Positions 20,735-29,809 of a stretch of DNA of 64,000 bases are shown here, one piece after another. The position numbers and the translations under genes are program-made. The first letter of the stretch is position 1. The number at the start of each line of letters is the position of its first letter. The stretch comes from an uncultured bacterium (lineage in GTDB: Bacteria > Patescibacteriota > Minisyncoccia > UBA6257 > 2-01-FULL-56-20), in contig OY970126.1 in NCBI GenBank assembly GCA_963705915.1, positions 168,306-232,305 of the forward strand, in the 5' to 3' direction. The notes below the pieces were generated by a model. The model saw only the letters and a list, made by a program, of their open reading frames with translations, had not been told where the DNA came from and made no database searches.

Positions 20735-22044
20735 GTGAGCCTATCATCAAGCTCGATCACGTGAATTTTTGGTATGACCGGGGGAAGCCTTCGGAGTACC
20801 AGGCGCTCAAAGACGTTTCGTGCGAAATCTATCCGGGAGAGTACGCGGCCTTTTTTGGTTCTTCCGGATCGGGCAAGACGACGCTCCTGTATCTCATTTC
20901 TGGGATTGAGCAGGGACAGGAAGGAAAAATCATCATCAACGGCCGCGATATATCTTCGTTCACGAAACAAGAACTTGCCATCTATCGGCAGATTGGTGTG
21001 GGCATGGTTTTTCAACAGTTCAATCTCATTCCGTCGCTGTCCGTTATCCAGAACGTGATGCTGCCGATGTCGTTTCTTGGAGCATCACAGGAGCGGGCAC
21101 GCCGGGAGGCGATGGGACTTCTCAAGCGCGTTGCGATTGACAATCTTGCCGACCGTTACCCCGACGAGCTTTCTGGCGGGCAACAGCAACGGGTTGGCAT
21201 CGTTCGGGCACTTGCGAACAACCCGCCGATCATCATCGCTGACGAGCCGCTGGGGAACCTCGATTCGGCAAACGCCGATATGGTCCTCCAGTTTTTGAAA
21301 GAGCTGAACCAAAAAGATGGGCGCACGGTGATCATGGTTACTCACGAAGCCTGGAGTCTCCGCGACGCGCGGAAACTTTTCTATATCAAAGACGGCGTGG
21401 TCACCAAAGAGGATGGTGTTGGTGAAGAGGCGATCAAGAGCGCAATCTCAAAAAACCTCTATGGGAAAATGTCACCGGAGCTTTCGCAAAATGAGGCGGC
21501 CGCCCGAGCTTTTTCGAACCTTTTCTTGCGAGGATATGCAGCGCAGGAACTTAAACGATTTGAATTTTTCCTCCATCAGCGGCTCGATGACAAAATCGAC
21601 GCGGATATATTTCGCAGTGTTCTCGATCGGCCCTGGCGTGACGGGGGGATGGGATTATGGAAGCAAAAAGCGGCAAAGGTGAGCGGTATCATTGAAGACG
21701 TGATCGCGGAAAAGCGCACCGTGGGAGACATCTATACCGAACTTGAGACGCATCGCGAAGCGCCGCTCCATGACGACATTGAGAAGTTGAGGACGTGGCT
21801 TATCCAAGACTACAAAGGAAAGCTGACCGATATCCAGAATATGCAACTCGCTCAGGTAATCAACGAACGGATTCGCGGCGTTATCACGCCCGATCATTTC
21901 ACCGAAATTTTAAACTTGCCTCGCAGTAAGTCGGGGCTCGGATTCACCATTCGCACCGCTCACCGTATTGCCGAGAAATTAGAGTTTATCCTTAAAGAAG
22001 GGCACGCGGATCTTCCGTCATTTGCGCCGCAGGCGGTAAAATAA
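20731..22044 (+). CDS. MacB/LolD-like ABC ATPase with about 200-aa C-terminal extension
   Basis: GSSGSGKT, LSGGQQQR, ADEPLGNLD, VTH. Confidence 0.9.
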   Translation: MSEPIIKLDHVNFWYDRGKPSEYQALKDVSCEIYPGEYAAFFGSSGSGKTTLLYLISGIEQGQEGKIIINGRDISSFTKQELAIYRQIGVGMVFQQFNLIPSLSVIQNVMLPMSFLGASQERARREAMGLLKRVAIDNLADRYPDELSGGQQQRVGIVRALANNPPIIIADEPLGNLDSANADMVLQFLKELNQKDGRTVIMVTHEAWSLRDARKLFYIKDGVVTKEDGVGEEAIKSAISKNLYGKMSPELSQNEAAARAFSNLFLRGYAAQELKRFEFFLHQRLDDKIDADIFRSVLDRPWRDGGMGLWKQKAAKVSGIIEDVIAEKRTVGDIYTELETHREAPLHDDIEKLRTWLIQDYKGKLTDIQNMQLAQVINERIRGVITPDHFTEILNLPRSKSGLGFTIRTAHRIAEKLEFILKEGHADLPSFAPQAVK

Positions 22045-22049
22045 AAACT

Positions 22050-23273
22050 ATGGACCCAAAAAATATTGTTCCACATCAGCTCGGCATGGGCGATCTCGTG
22101 CGCCTTTCGGTCCGCAGTTTTTCCGCGAAGCCCTTGCGGACAATTCTTACCATATTCGGCACATCGGTTGGCATTGCGACGGTGGTCGTCCTTGTCTCTT
22201 TGGGATACGGATTGCAGAACATTTTACTTGGCAAATTGATTACAACGCCGCAGTCGCTTGTCACGTGTTGCGCCTCGTACCCGTCGGATAGTAATCTTGT
22301 TATCGATCAGGCAAAAGTTGCCCAAGTCTCGCAACTGCAGGACGTTCAGACGGTGAGTCCGGTCGCTGAATTTTCCGGTGCCGTGCAAGTTCCCGGTGGC
22401 ACGTCGGGGCTTGTGCTTGTCGATATAGCCGACCCGAACTATTTTACGCTTTCCGGAGCACTGCCTGATATCGGCCAAGGATTTGGGCCATCGGGCGGCG
22501 TTGTCATATCAAGCCAGGCGCTTAAGCTCCTCAATTTATCTTCAACGGCGGCCACGCTCGGCAAGCAGGTGTTCGTGACCGCGTTTTATCCGGGAGATAA
22601 TGGCGGTGCGGCGTATGACGTGACCACGACAAGCAATCTTCCCATCACGGGCATCGTGGTTGACAACGCACTTTCACCGACCGTTATCGTTTCAAATAAC
22701 GCATTGCCGGTGACACCGCCGTTCTACAAAGAGGTTTACGTGGAGGCAAAAAATGATGCAGCATTCGCGGATTTGCGCAGCACACTCGTCAGCCAGGGGT
22801 TTATCATCTCGGCGCATATCGATCTCGTGCGGCAGGCCGAGCAGGTGACTAACATCATCACGATCATCCTCGGCGTGTTTGGCGTTGCTGCGCTTATCGT
22901 CTCTGCCATAGGCATGTTCAATACGATGATCGTCGGCTTCCTTGAACGCACCTATGAAGTTGGCGTCATGAAAGCGCTCGGTGCGACCGACAGCGACGTT
23001 CGCAAGCTTTTCCTCACCGAAGCGCTCGTGATGGGACTCGCGGGGGGCATTGTGGGGATTATCTTCGGCGTCGGCCTCGGCCAGATCTTTAACCTTGTCG
23101 TGAGCGCGGTCGCCGAACACTATGGCGGCGTGGCATTCACATTGTTCGTCTCGCCAGTCTGGTTTATACTCCTCGTGGTCGGCGTCTCGGCTGTTATCGG
23201 TCTCGCCGCCGGCTTCATTCCTGCGCGCCGCGCAAGTTCGCTTTCACCGAAAGAGGCGTTTGTAAGGAAATAG
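22050..23273 (+). CDS. MacB/FtsX-family ABC permease
   Basis: RTILTIFG; GMFNTM..ERTYEVGVMKALGA; PARRAS. Confidence 0.9.
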   Translation: MDPKNIVPHQLGMGDLVRLSVRSFSAKPLRTILTIFGTSVGIATVVVLVSLGYGLQNILLGKLITTPQSLVTCCASYPSDSNLVIDQAKVAQVSQLQDVQTVSPVAEFSGAVQVPGGTSGLVLVDIADPNYFTLSGALPDIGQGFGPSGGVVISSQALKLLNLSSTAATLGKQVFVTAFYPGDNGGAAYDVTTTSNLPITGIVVDNALSPTVIVSNNALPVTPPFYKEVYVEAKNDAAFADLRSTLVSQGFIISAHIDLVRQAEQVTNIITIILGVFGVAALIVSAIGMFNTMIVGFLERTYEVGVMKALGATDSDVRKLFLTEALVMGLAGGIVGIIFGVGLGQIFNLVVSAVAEHYGGVAFTLFVSPVWFILLVVGVSAVIGLAAGFIPARRASSLSPKEAFVRK

Positions 23274-23302
23274 GTTTATCACTCCCGTAGTATGTACAGC
23301 TC

Positions 23303-24262
23303 ATGAAGTACGATATTTATTTTCATAATGATTTTGATGGCCGAGCATGCGCCGCCGTCGTGCTCGCCTTTTTGCGCAGCCGCGGTGATGACATCGAGCA
23401 CTTCACCCCCGTCGATTTCGATCTTGAAGAACAGTGGCTCCAGGATGATTTCTTTGAAAAACACCGGCTCTTCAAAGGCAAACGCAATCCGGCAATCGTG
23501 GTCGATTTTTTATATCATCCGAAAGCTGCGTTTTGGTTTGATCATCATCCGACAAGCATTAAGCGGGTTGATTGGCGGAAGAAATTCAGACGAAGTAAAT
23601 ATTTTAATTGGGATTCGGATTATCCGTCGTGTTGCCATTGGGTTTATGATGCACTTCGAAGAAATTTTGGATGGAAACCGCCTGCGCGCCTTAAAAATTT
23701 AGCGGAATGGCTCGATGTGATTGATGGCGCACGATATACGTCGGCCAAGCAAGCGATCGAAATGAAGGAGCCGGCACTCAAAATGGAAGGCTTCATGGAA
23801 AAAACATTCGAAGATCGCACTTTGATTGTCCCCGTAATTACCATGCTTGCCGAAATGACATTTCCTGAAATGGTTCGCGTACCTTTTGTAAAAAAGGGGA
23901 TCGCCGCTTACGAAAAAGAACAACGGCAGAGCATGGCTTTCTATAGAAAGAATCTTCGCGTCATCGGTAAGGTTGGATTTATCGATCTCACCAACACAAC
24001 ATGTAAACGATTACTTTATGCTCCATTTTATCTCCGCCCTCACATTCGCTATGGGATGCGTTTTACCCGCAAAGGCGCATGGTTTCATGTGAGTGCAGGG
24101 GAGAACCCTTGGAAGCCAACGCATAAATTACAATTTGGCGATATCATGAAGCGCTATGGCGGCGGTGGCCACGAAACCGTTGGCGGGGTGGAATTTTATA
24201 ATCAGGCAAAGGCAGAAAAGGCAGTGAAAGAAATCATCCAACTTCTTAATGCCGAAGGGTAA
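23303..24262 (+). CDS. DHH/DHHA1 phosphoesterase
   Basis: HNDFDG, VVDF, DHH, GGGGH. Confidence 0.8.
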   Translation: MKYDIYFHNDFDGRACAAVVLAFLRSRGDDIEHFTPVDFDLEEQWLQDDFFEKHRLFKGKRNPAIVVDFLYHPKAAFWFDHHPTSIKRVDWRKKFRRSKYFNWDSDYPSCCHWVYDALRRNFGWKPPARLKNLAEWLDVIDGARYTSAKQAIEMKEPALKMEGFMEKTFEDRTLIVPVITMLAEMTFPEMVRVPFVKKGIAAYEKEQRQSMAFYRKNLRVIGKVGFIDLTNTTCKRLLYAPFYLRPHIRYGMRFTRKGAWFHVSAGENPWKPTHKLQFGDIMKRYGGGGHETVGGVEFYNQAKAEKAVKEIIQLLNAEG

Positions 24263-24866
24263 GAAAAAATACTACGCCTACCTCATTCCGCGCACCGGCA
24301 AGTCTGGTGTGACTTCGGATTGGAAAAAATGCGAAGCGATGGTGAAAGGCGTGACCGGGGCACGGTACCGGAGCTTTGATACCAAAGACGAGGCCGAGGC
24401 GTGGCTTGAAGGTGGCGCGACATACCAAGCAAAGCAACGGCCAAAACTCGAACGCGGTATTTATTTTGATGCCGGCACTGGACGCGGCAAAGGCGTTGAA
24501 ATCAGCGTGACCGATGAAAAAGGAAAAAATTTACTCCATAAAGCGATATCAAGCAAAGAACTCAACCAATTCGGAAAGCATTTGGTTGGGAGCGATTTGG
24601 CAACCAATAACTACGGGGAGCTTCTTGCACTAAAATACGCACTCGGTATCGCTCGCACAAGCAAAACCAAAAAAATATTTGGCGATAGCAAACTCGTGAT
24701 TGATTTTTGGTCGCAGTGGCGTATCAAGCGCAATCGGCTTCCGGAAGAAACCGTTGAGCTCGCCGATGCAGTTTCCATGCTGCGCGAAGAATTTGAAAAA
24801 AATGGAGGGATCATCGAGCGTATCTCGGGTGATTTTAATCCGGCCGATTTGGGGTTCCATCGATAG
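24249..24866 (+). CDS. RNase H1-like protein with N-terminal hybrid-binding domain
   Basis: KYYA...W..C...VKG..GARY.SF.T..EA; YFDAG, TNNYGEL, GDS, NPAD. Confidence 0.8.
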   Translation: MPKGKKKYYAYLIPRTGKSGVTSDWKKCEAMVKGVTGARYRSFDTKDEAEAWLEGGATYQAKQRPKLERGIYFDAGTGRGKGVEISVTDEKGKNLLHKAISSKELNQFGKHLVGSDLATNNYGELLALKYALGIARTSKTKKIFGDSKLVIDFWSQWRIKRNRLPEETVELADAVSMLREEFEKNGGIIERISGDFNPADLGFHR

Positions 24867-24876
24867 CAAAGCAAAT

Positions 24877-24907
24877 GAAAAGCCAGTGCGGGCAGGGCAC
24901 TGGCTTT
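24877..24907. terminator. Bidirectional intrinsic terminator
   Basis: AAAAGCCAGTGC-GGGCAGG-GCACTGGCTTT. Confidence 0.7.
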
Positions 24908-24923
24908 GATATCCTGGGGGAGG

Positions 24924-25064
24924 CTATTTTTTCTTGCGCTCGGGGCGTTCGGTGGGCTTTGTTTGCCGCGGAGATTTGGAAGGTGATCGGGGGCGGTGAT
25001 GCGGATCCTCTGCCTTTTCGGCAAAGGCATTTCCTTGGTCGTGCAGAAAGGTGGAATTTCCCAT
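24924..25064 (-). CDS. 46-aa basic small protein (not in ORF track)
   Basis: GAGGAG 4 nt before ATG; TTGACG-16-TAGTAT promoter; terminator after the stop. Confidence 0.5.
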   Translation of the reverse strand: MGNSTFLHDQGNAFAEKAEDPHHRPRSPSKSPRQTKPTERPERKKK

Positions 25065-25188
25065 CGGACTCCTCGCGTAAAAGAAGTGAAAGCAACTATT
25101 TTTTATACTAATCTAAGCACGCTATGCGTCAATAGACTTTTTCCACAGCACCCTTCCGCTTTCCCCTTAAGTGTGGTATGATACTTTC

Positions 25189-25535
25189 GGCAATCCAGAC
25201 GATCGCTCTCCGGCTGCGCAAGCGGCTCGGAGGGAGGAAAATCCGGACACCATCATCGCGCAAGTGATTGATAAACGTACGAGCTAACCGCTCGCTGCCG
25301 TAAGGCAAGAGATGCGATCAGTGACGTCTGCGGTTGAAAAGCTGCAGAGAGCCCTATCCCAAGCTTGATGGCTCAATTCCGCCATAGGGACAACAAAGCG
25401 GAAATGAAACGGCAAAATTCTTACGGGGTGCAAGACCGCGCTCTCGTGCAAACGAGAGAGTGTCGCTCGAGTCCGCGAGTGATCAAGGACCTAGATAAAT
25501 GATCGTCCTCGACAGAATCCGGTTTATGGATTGCC
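25189..25535 (+). ncRNA. rnpB: RNase P RNA
   Basis: GGCAATCC/GGATTGCC P1; GAGGAAAATCCGGAC and ACAGAATCCGGTTTA conserved regions. Confidence 0.93.
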
Positions 25536-25540
25536 CAGCA

Positions 25541-25569
25541 AAAAGCTCCGCAGTGATGCGGGGCTTTTG
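25541..25569 (+). terminator. rnpB terminator
   Basis: AAAAGCTCCGCA-GTGA-TGCGGGGCTTTTG. Confidence 0.7.
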
Positions 25570-25584
25570 TTATGATTGAACTAT

Positions 25585-28125
25585 ATGGCCGACGTCATCG
25601 ACTTGAATTCGCTTGCCACCCGTTCGGAAGCCGACATCTTCAAAACGCTCAAAACGTCGGAAAGAGGATTGTCGTCACAGGAGGCAACGAAGCGACTTTC
25701 GCAGTACGGCTCGAATGAATTTGCCGACCGGAAAAAGTTGCAGCCGGTGGGTATCTTTCTTTCAAAATTCAAAAGCCCGCTTTTACTCCTCCTCATCGCC
25801 GCCGCATTTATATCATTTTTCCTCGGGTCGCATATTGAGGCGACGGTTATCTTCGTTATCGTTTTAGGAAGTGCCCTGATTGACTTTGTAAACACCTATA
25901 AATCCGCAAAAGCCGCCGAAGCATTGCAAGAACAGGTGACGATCACCGCCGCCGTCACACGCAACGGTGAACTCAAAGAGCGAAATATGCGCGAGGTGGT
26001 GCCCGGCGACGTTTTTGCGCTTGAGGCCGGCGACTTGGTTCCGGCCGACGGGGTTCTCCTTGAGGGGCGCGACCTCTTTTTAAACGAGAGCGTTCTTACC
26101 GGTGAATCGCTACCCGTAGAAAAAATTACCGAAGGTGAAGCTTTAGCCAAGGACCGTAGCCTAAGGCTTCTCTATCTCGGCACGAGCGTGGTCTCGGGCA
26201 AGGGGACGGCGGTTGCGGTTGCGACTGGCACGCAAACAAAAGTCGGCAACATTGCTGGTAAATTGAAACGTCCGGACACACCGACCGAATTCGAGAAAAA
26301 CCTCAAAGAGTTCAGCCTTTTTATTTTTCGCACAACGATATTTCTCGTGCTTGCGGTCATCCTTTTGAATATATTTGTTTTGGCCCGTGATCCGCTCCAA
26401 ATCTTCCTTTTTGCCGTTGCGATTGCCGTAGGCCTCACGCCCGAGCTTCTGCCGCTCATCGTCACAAGCAATCTCGCCAAAGGGGCCATTGCCATGTCGA
26501 AAGGCGGCGTCATCGTCAAAAAATTGGCGGCAATCCATAACTTTGGCGGCGTGGATGTTCTTTGTACCGATAAGACCGGTACGCTTACCGAGGATCGGAT
26601 TGTCCTTATGCGATCGGTCGATGAATTTGGTAACGAGAGCGAGGACACCTATTATTGGGCTTACGTGAGCAGCCAGCACCTCACCGGCATTCGAGGCGTT
26701 CTCGATAAAGCGATCGAAAATTATAAGAAGATCAACGTGAGCGAGTGGGAAAAAGTGGACGAAATTCCGTTTGATGCCGAACGGCGCATCGAATCGATCA
26801 TTGTTAAAAATAAAAGTAAAGGCGTTTTGATTTCCAAGGGCGCACCGGAGGAAATCATGAAGATTGCGGATTATTACGGAGTGAAGGATCGAAAGAAGCT
26901 CACCGCCGCCACCCGCGCCAATATTAATAAAGAATACGAACATCTCTCCACGAACGGGTTTCGCGTGCTCGCTGTTGGCGTCAAAGATGTTGAGGTAAAA
27001 AAAACGCCATACAGCACATCCGACGAGAAAGGCCTTTCATTCATTGGTTTTTTGGCGTTTCTTGATCCGCCGAAACGAAGCGTGAAGGATACGCTTAAAA
27101 AGATGGCCATCTATAATGTCGGTATCAAAATTATCACCGGCGACAATTTTCTCGTAACAAAAAAGATTGCAGAAGAAATTGGCTTGCCGGTTAAAGATCC
27201 GCTCACGGGCGACGACCTTGCAAAACTCGACGAGCATCAACTGAAGCGCCGGGTGGAAGGAACGAATATTTTTACGCGTGTGAATCCGGAGCAAAAAGAG
27301 GCGATCATCCGCGCGCTCCGCGCGAACGGCCATGTGGTTGCCTACATGGGCGACGGGGTGAACGATGTGCTTTCCATTAAAGAAGCCGATGTTGGCATCT
27401 CGGTGAATAATGCCGTGGATATCGCGAAAGAAACGGCCGACATCATCTTGCTTCGCAAGGGCCTCGGTGAGATCATCGACGGCATCGTCGAAGGACGAAA
27501 GACATTCGCGAACACATTCAAATATCTCATGATGGCTTTGAGTTCGAACTTCGGCAATATGTTTAGCATGCCGATCGCTTCCATCTTTTTGCCATTTTTG
27601 CCGATGACCGCTCCGCAGATTTTACTCAATAATTTTCTCTACGACTCATCTCAGCTTGCAATTCCTTTTGACCACGTCGACCCTGACTTCCTTGTGCGGC
27701 CAAAAAAATTCGATATCAAATTCATGAAGAGGTTCATGATGATATTTGGCCCCCTGAGCTCGTGTTTCGACTTCGTGACATTTGGAGTGCTACTCTACGT
27801 GTTGCATGCTTCCGGGGCTACGTTCCAGACCGGCTGGTTCTTGGAATCAATCGCCACGCAGACCCTTGTCGTGAATATTATTCGCAGCCGCATGAATTTT
27901 TGGCAAAACGGTGGCCCAAGCAAGGCGCTTGCCTTTGCAACGATCGGTGCCGTTGCCGTGGGATGGCTTCTCACCTATTCGCCGCTCGGGCCCGCGCTCA
28001 ACTTTACCCATTTTGGATGGTATCCCGATCTCCTTATCCTTATTATTGTCACCGCCTATCTTTTTGCCGTTGAGATCGCTAAGAAGTATTTCTACCGCCG
28101 ATATGGCTATTTGATTGAAAAGTAA
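25585..28125 (+). CDS. mgtA: Mg2+-translocating P-type ATPase
   Basis: TGES, GLTPELLP, DKTGT, GDGVND, SSNFGNMFS, QILLNNFLYD. Confidence 0.9.
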   Translation: MADVIDLNSLATRSEADIFKTLKTSERGLSSQEATKRLSQYGSNEFADRKKLQPVGIFLSKFKSPLLLLLIAAAFISFFLGSHIEATVIFVIVLGSALIDFVNTYKSAKAAEALQEQVTITAAVTRNGELKERNMREVVPGDVFALEAGDLVPADGVLLEGRDLFLNESVLTGESLPVEKITEGEALAKDRSLRLLYLGTSVVSGKGTAVAVATGTQTKVGNIAGKLKRPDTPTEFEKNLKEFSLFIFRTTIFLVLAVILLNIFVLARDPLQIFLFAVAIAVGLTPELLPLIVTSNLAKGAIAMSKGGVIVKKLAAIHNFGGVDVLCTDKTGTLTEDRIVLMRSVDEFGNESEDTYYWAYVSSQHLTGIRGVLDKAIENYKKINVSEWEKVDEIPFDAERRIESIIVKNKSKGVLISKGAPEEIMKIADYYGVKDRKKLTAATRANINKEYEHLSTNGFRVLAVGVKDVEVKKTPYSTSDEKGLSFIGFLAFLDPPKRSVKDTLKKMAIYNVGIKIITGDNFLVTKKIAEEIGLPVKDPLTGDDLAKLDEHQLKRRVEGTNIFTRVNPEQKEAIIRALRANGHVVAYMGDGVNDVLSIKEADVGISVNNAVDIAKETADIILLRKGLGEIIDGIVEGRKTFANTFKYLMMALSSNFGNMFSMPIASIFLPFLPMTAPQILLNNFLYDSSQLAIPFDHVDPDFLVRPKKFDIKFMKRFMMIFGPLSSCFDFVTFGVLLYVLHASGATFQTGWFLESIATQTLVVNIIRSRMNFWQNGGPSKALAFATIGAVAVGWLLTYSPLGPALNFTHFGWYPDLLILIIVTAYLFAVEIAKKYFYRRYGYLIEK

Positions 28126-28165
28126 GCCCCGTTGGCTTTACGGTCAGAACTCGAAGCGCGTCGTT

Positions 28166-29293
28166 CTAAGTAATTTTCTTATCCGATCGTGCAAGCAACG
28201 GCACAATCGGTTTTATGATTTCGTCGAGGGTAAAACCAAAGACGCCAAGCGTGGCGTCTGTTATATCAAGCGCATAGAATCGTTTTCCGACCATCTGGGT
28301 AAGTGAGCGTGTGATGCCATCTGGGCAGCGATAGAAGACCCGGTCGTGCCAGGAAGCGCGATCGCCGAGTTCTGGGTAATAGTCCATGATGGTTTGGACG
28401 TTTTCGGCGTAGCGGATGGCGAGCGGTTCGCGACTCTGTGGCATAAAGAGAATGCTATTATTCTTATGCTCCCGGATTTCATAGGCGAATTCTTTGAACG
28501 ACGCAGCGTTCGTGAGGTTGATGGCGCCATTCGGCTCAAAGCCGTGACGATCGCCGCCAGCAACCATCGGCAGGCCAATTTCTTTGGCGATTTTTGAAAC
28601 GCGCCCATTCATTTCCCAAGGCTGAAGGGCGTTGATTTCGAGGGCGTGGATCACCTGATGGTGGTGAGCTAGAAAATCCTCAACCATCGATGCGTGAATT
28701 TCGTGACCGATTTGCCCTTGATCTGAAAGTGGATGATTGAGGACGATGAGTGAATCTGGCATATCCGCAATTTTTTTCAGAATCTCATTGAGGATATTCG
28801 GAGTAGGATGTTTGGTATATTCGCAAAAAGACTTTAAACATGCTTGGGCTTCGCGTGGCGGTAGGTTGTGCATCCCGACATGAAAAACGGCGGTTTTGTA
28901 GGGCACGGTCCATTCCAAAGAGACCGGAATGTCCGGTCCCGCTCGATGATCCGTTCGCAGGCTCTCGCACGCAGCGATTTCATCATGGTCGGTGAGTGAT
29001 ACGAACGCTTTCAGTCCGAGTTGTTCAATCTGTTCCGCCTCAAGATCGTAGGCAGCTTCCGGCGAGACGGGAGAGGTCCAGTAGCCGTTATGGTAATTAA
29101 ACTCTTCTTTCCATTTACGCTTATGGCGCTGTTCTGCCCAGTGGATTACGCTTGGCACAAGCAGCATGTTGTTGATAGCGCTTGGGAAAAATCCCAAACC
29201 CTCTTTTGATTGTGACGTGTGCCCGTGCAAAGAAATGCCAGTTCGAAACTCACCCGCGTGGCGGTTTTTCCAATGGTAGAAAAACCGGGTCAT
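28166..29293 (-). CDS. PHP-like metallo-hydrolase domain protein
   Basis: SLHGHT, TDHD, NHP, GGDRH; ATGA overlap with mgtC. Confidence 0.7.
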   Translation of the reverse strand: MTRFFYHWKNRHAGEFRTGISLHGHTSQSKEGLGFFPSAINNMLLVPSVIHWAEQRHKRKWKEEFNYHNGYWTSPVSPEAAYDLEAEQIEQLGLKAFVSLTDHDEIAACESLRTDHRAGPDIPVSLEWTVPYKTAVFHVGMHNLPPREAQACLKSFCEYTKHPTPNILNEILKKIADMPDSLIVLNHPLSDQGQIGHEIHASMVEDFLAHHHQVIHALEINALQPWEMNGRVSKIAKEIGLPMVAGGDRHGFEPNGAINLTNAASFKEFAYEIREHKNNSILFMPQSREPLAIRYAENVQTIMDYYPELGDRASWHDRVFYRCPDGITRSLTQMVGKRFYALDITDATLGVFGFTLDEIIKPIVPLLARSDKKIT

Positions 29294-29766
29294 CGAATTG
29301 ACGGATCGGCGTGCTCTACGCGCTCCGAGATATTAAGCGCTCGGAGAAGATATAGCAGCAGTGTCATGATAAGGGCCGTGACAAAAGCAAACCGAAAAAG
29401 GCCTAAGCCGGCCAGAATGCCGATGCCAGCGGTTGTCCAGACGAGCGCTGCCGTCGTGAGCCCGCGGGCATGATCGTTCGTGTGGATGATAAGGCCGGCG
29501 CCCAAGAAACCAATGCCGACCACGATATTTGCGATAATACCGAATGCGCTGTTTGCCGCCGTGACGTCGGGGACTGTTCCAAGGCTTGTAGCGGTTATAT
29601 AGGGGAGCACGAGGCCGATCATCGCAAAGATCGAGGCACCGCCGGCGACGAGCATTTCGGTTCGAACGCCGGCTTCTTTGCCGACAATCTCACGTTCGAT
29701 GCCGAGGAGCGCACCAAGCGCCAGCGCAACGATAAAGCGCACGAGCATTTGTTCAAAACTCAACAT
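29290..29766 (-). CDS. mgtC: MgtC/SapB family protein
   Basis: GIERE, AGVRT, GIGFLGAG, GLTTAA. Confidence 0.9.
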   Translation of the reverse strand: MLSFEQMLVRFIVALALGALLGIEREIVGKEAGVRTEMLVAGGASIFAMIGLVLPYITATSLGTVPDVTAANSAFGIIANIVVGIGFLGAGLIIHTNDHARGLTTAALVWTTAGIGILAGLGLFRFAFVTALIMTLLLYLLRALNISERVEHADPSIR

Positions 29767-29809
29767 TATATTAATATTAGCACATTACTTTTTACGTAAA
29801 TCCACATCA

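Noticed and set aside
26161-26943. 260-aa antisense ORF inside mgtA, and similar shadow ORFs elsewhere
   Set aside because: Opposite-strand shadows of well-supported genes with no motifs or expression signals.
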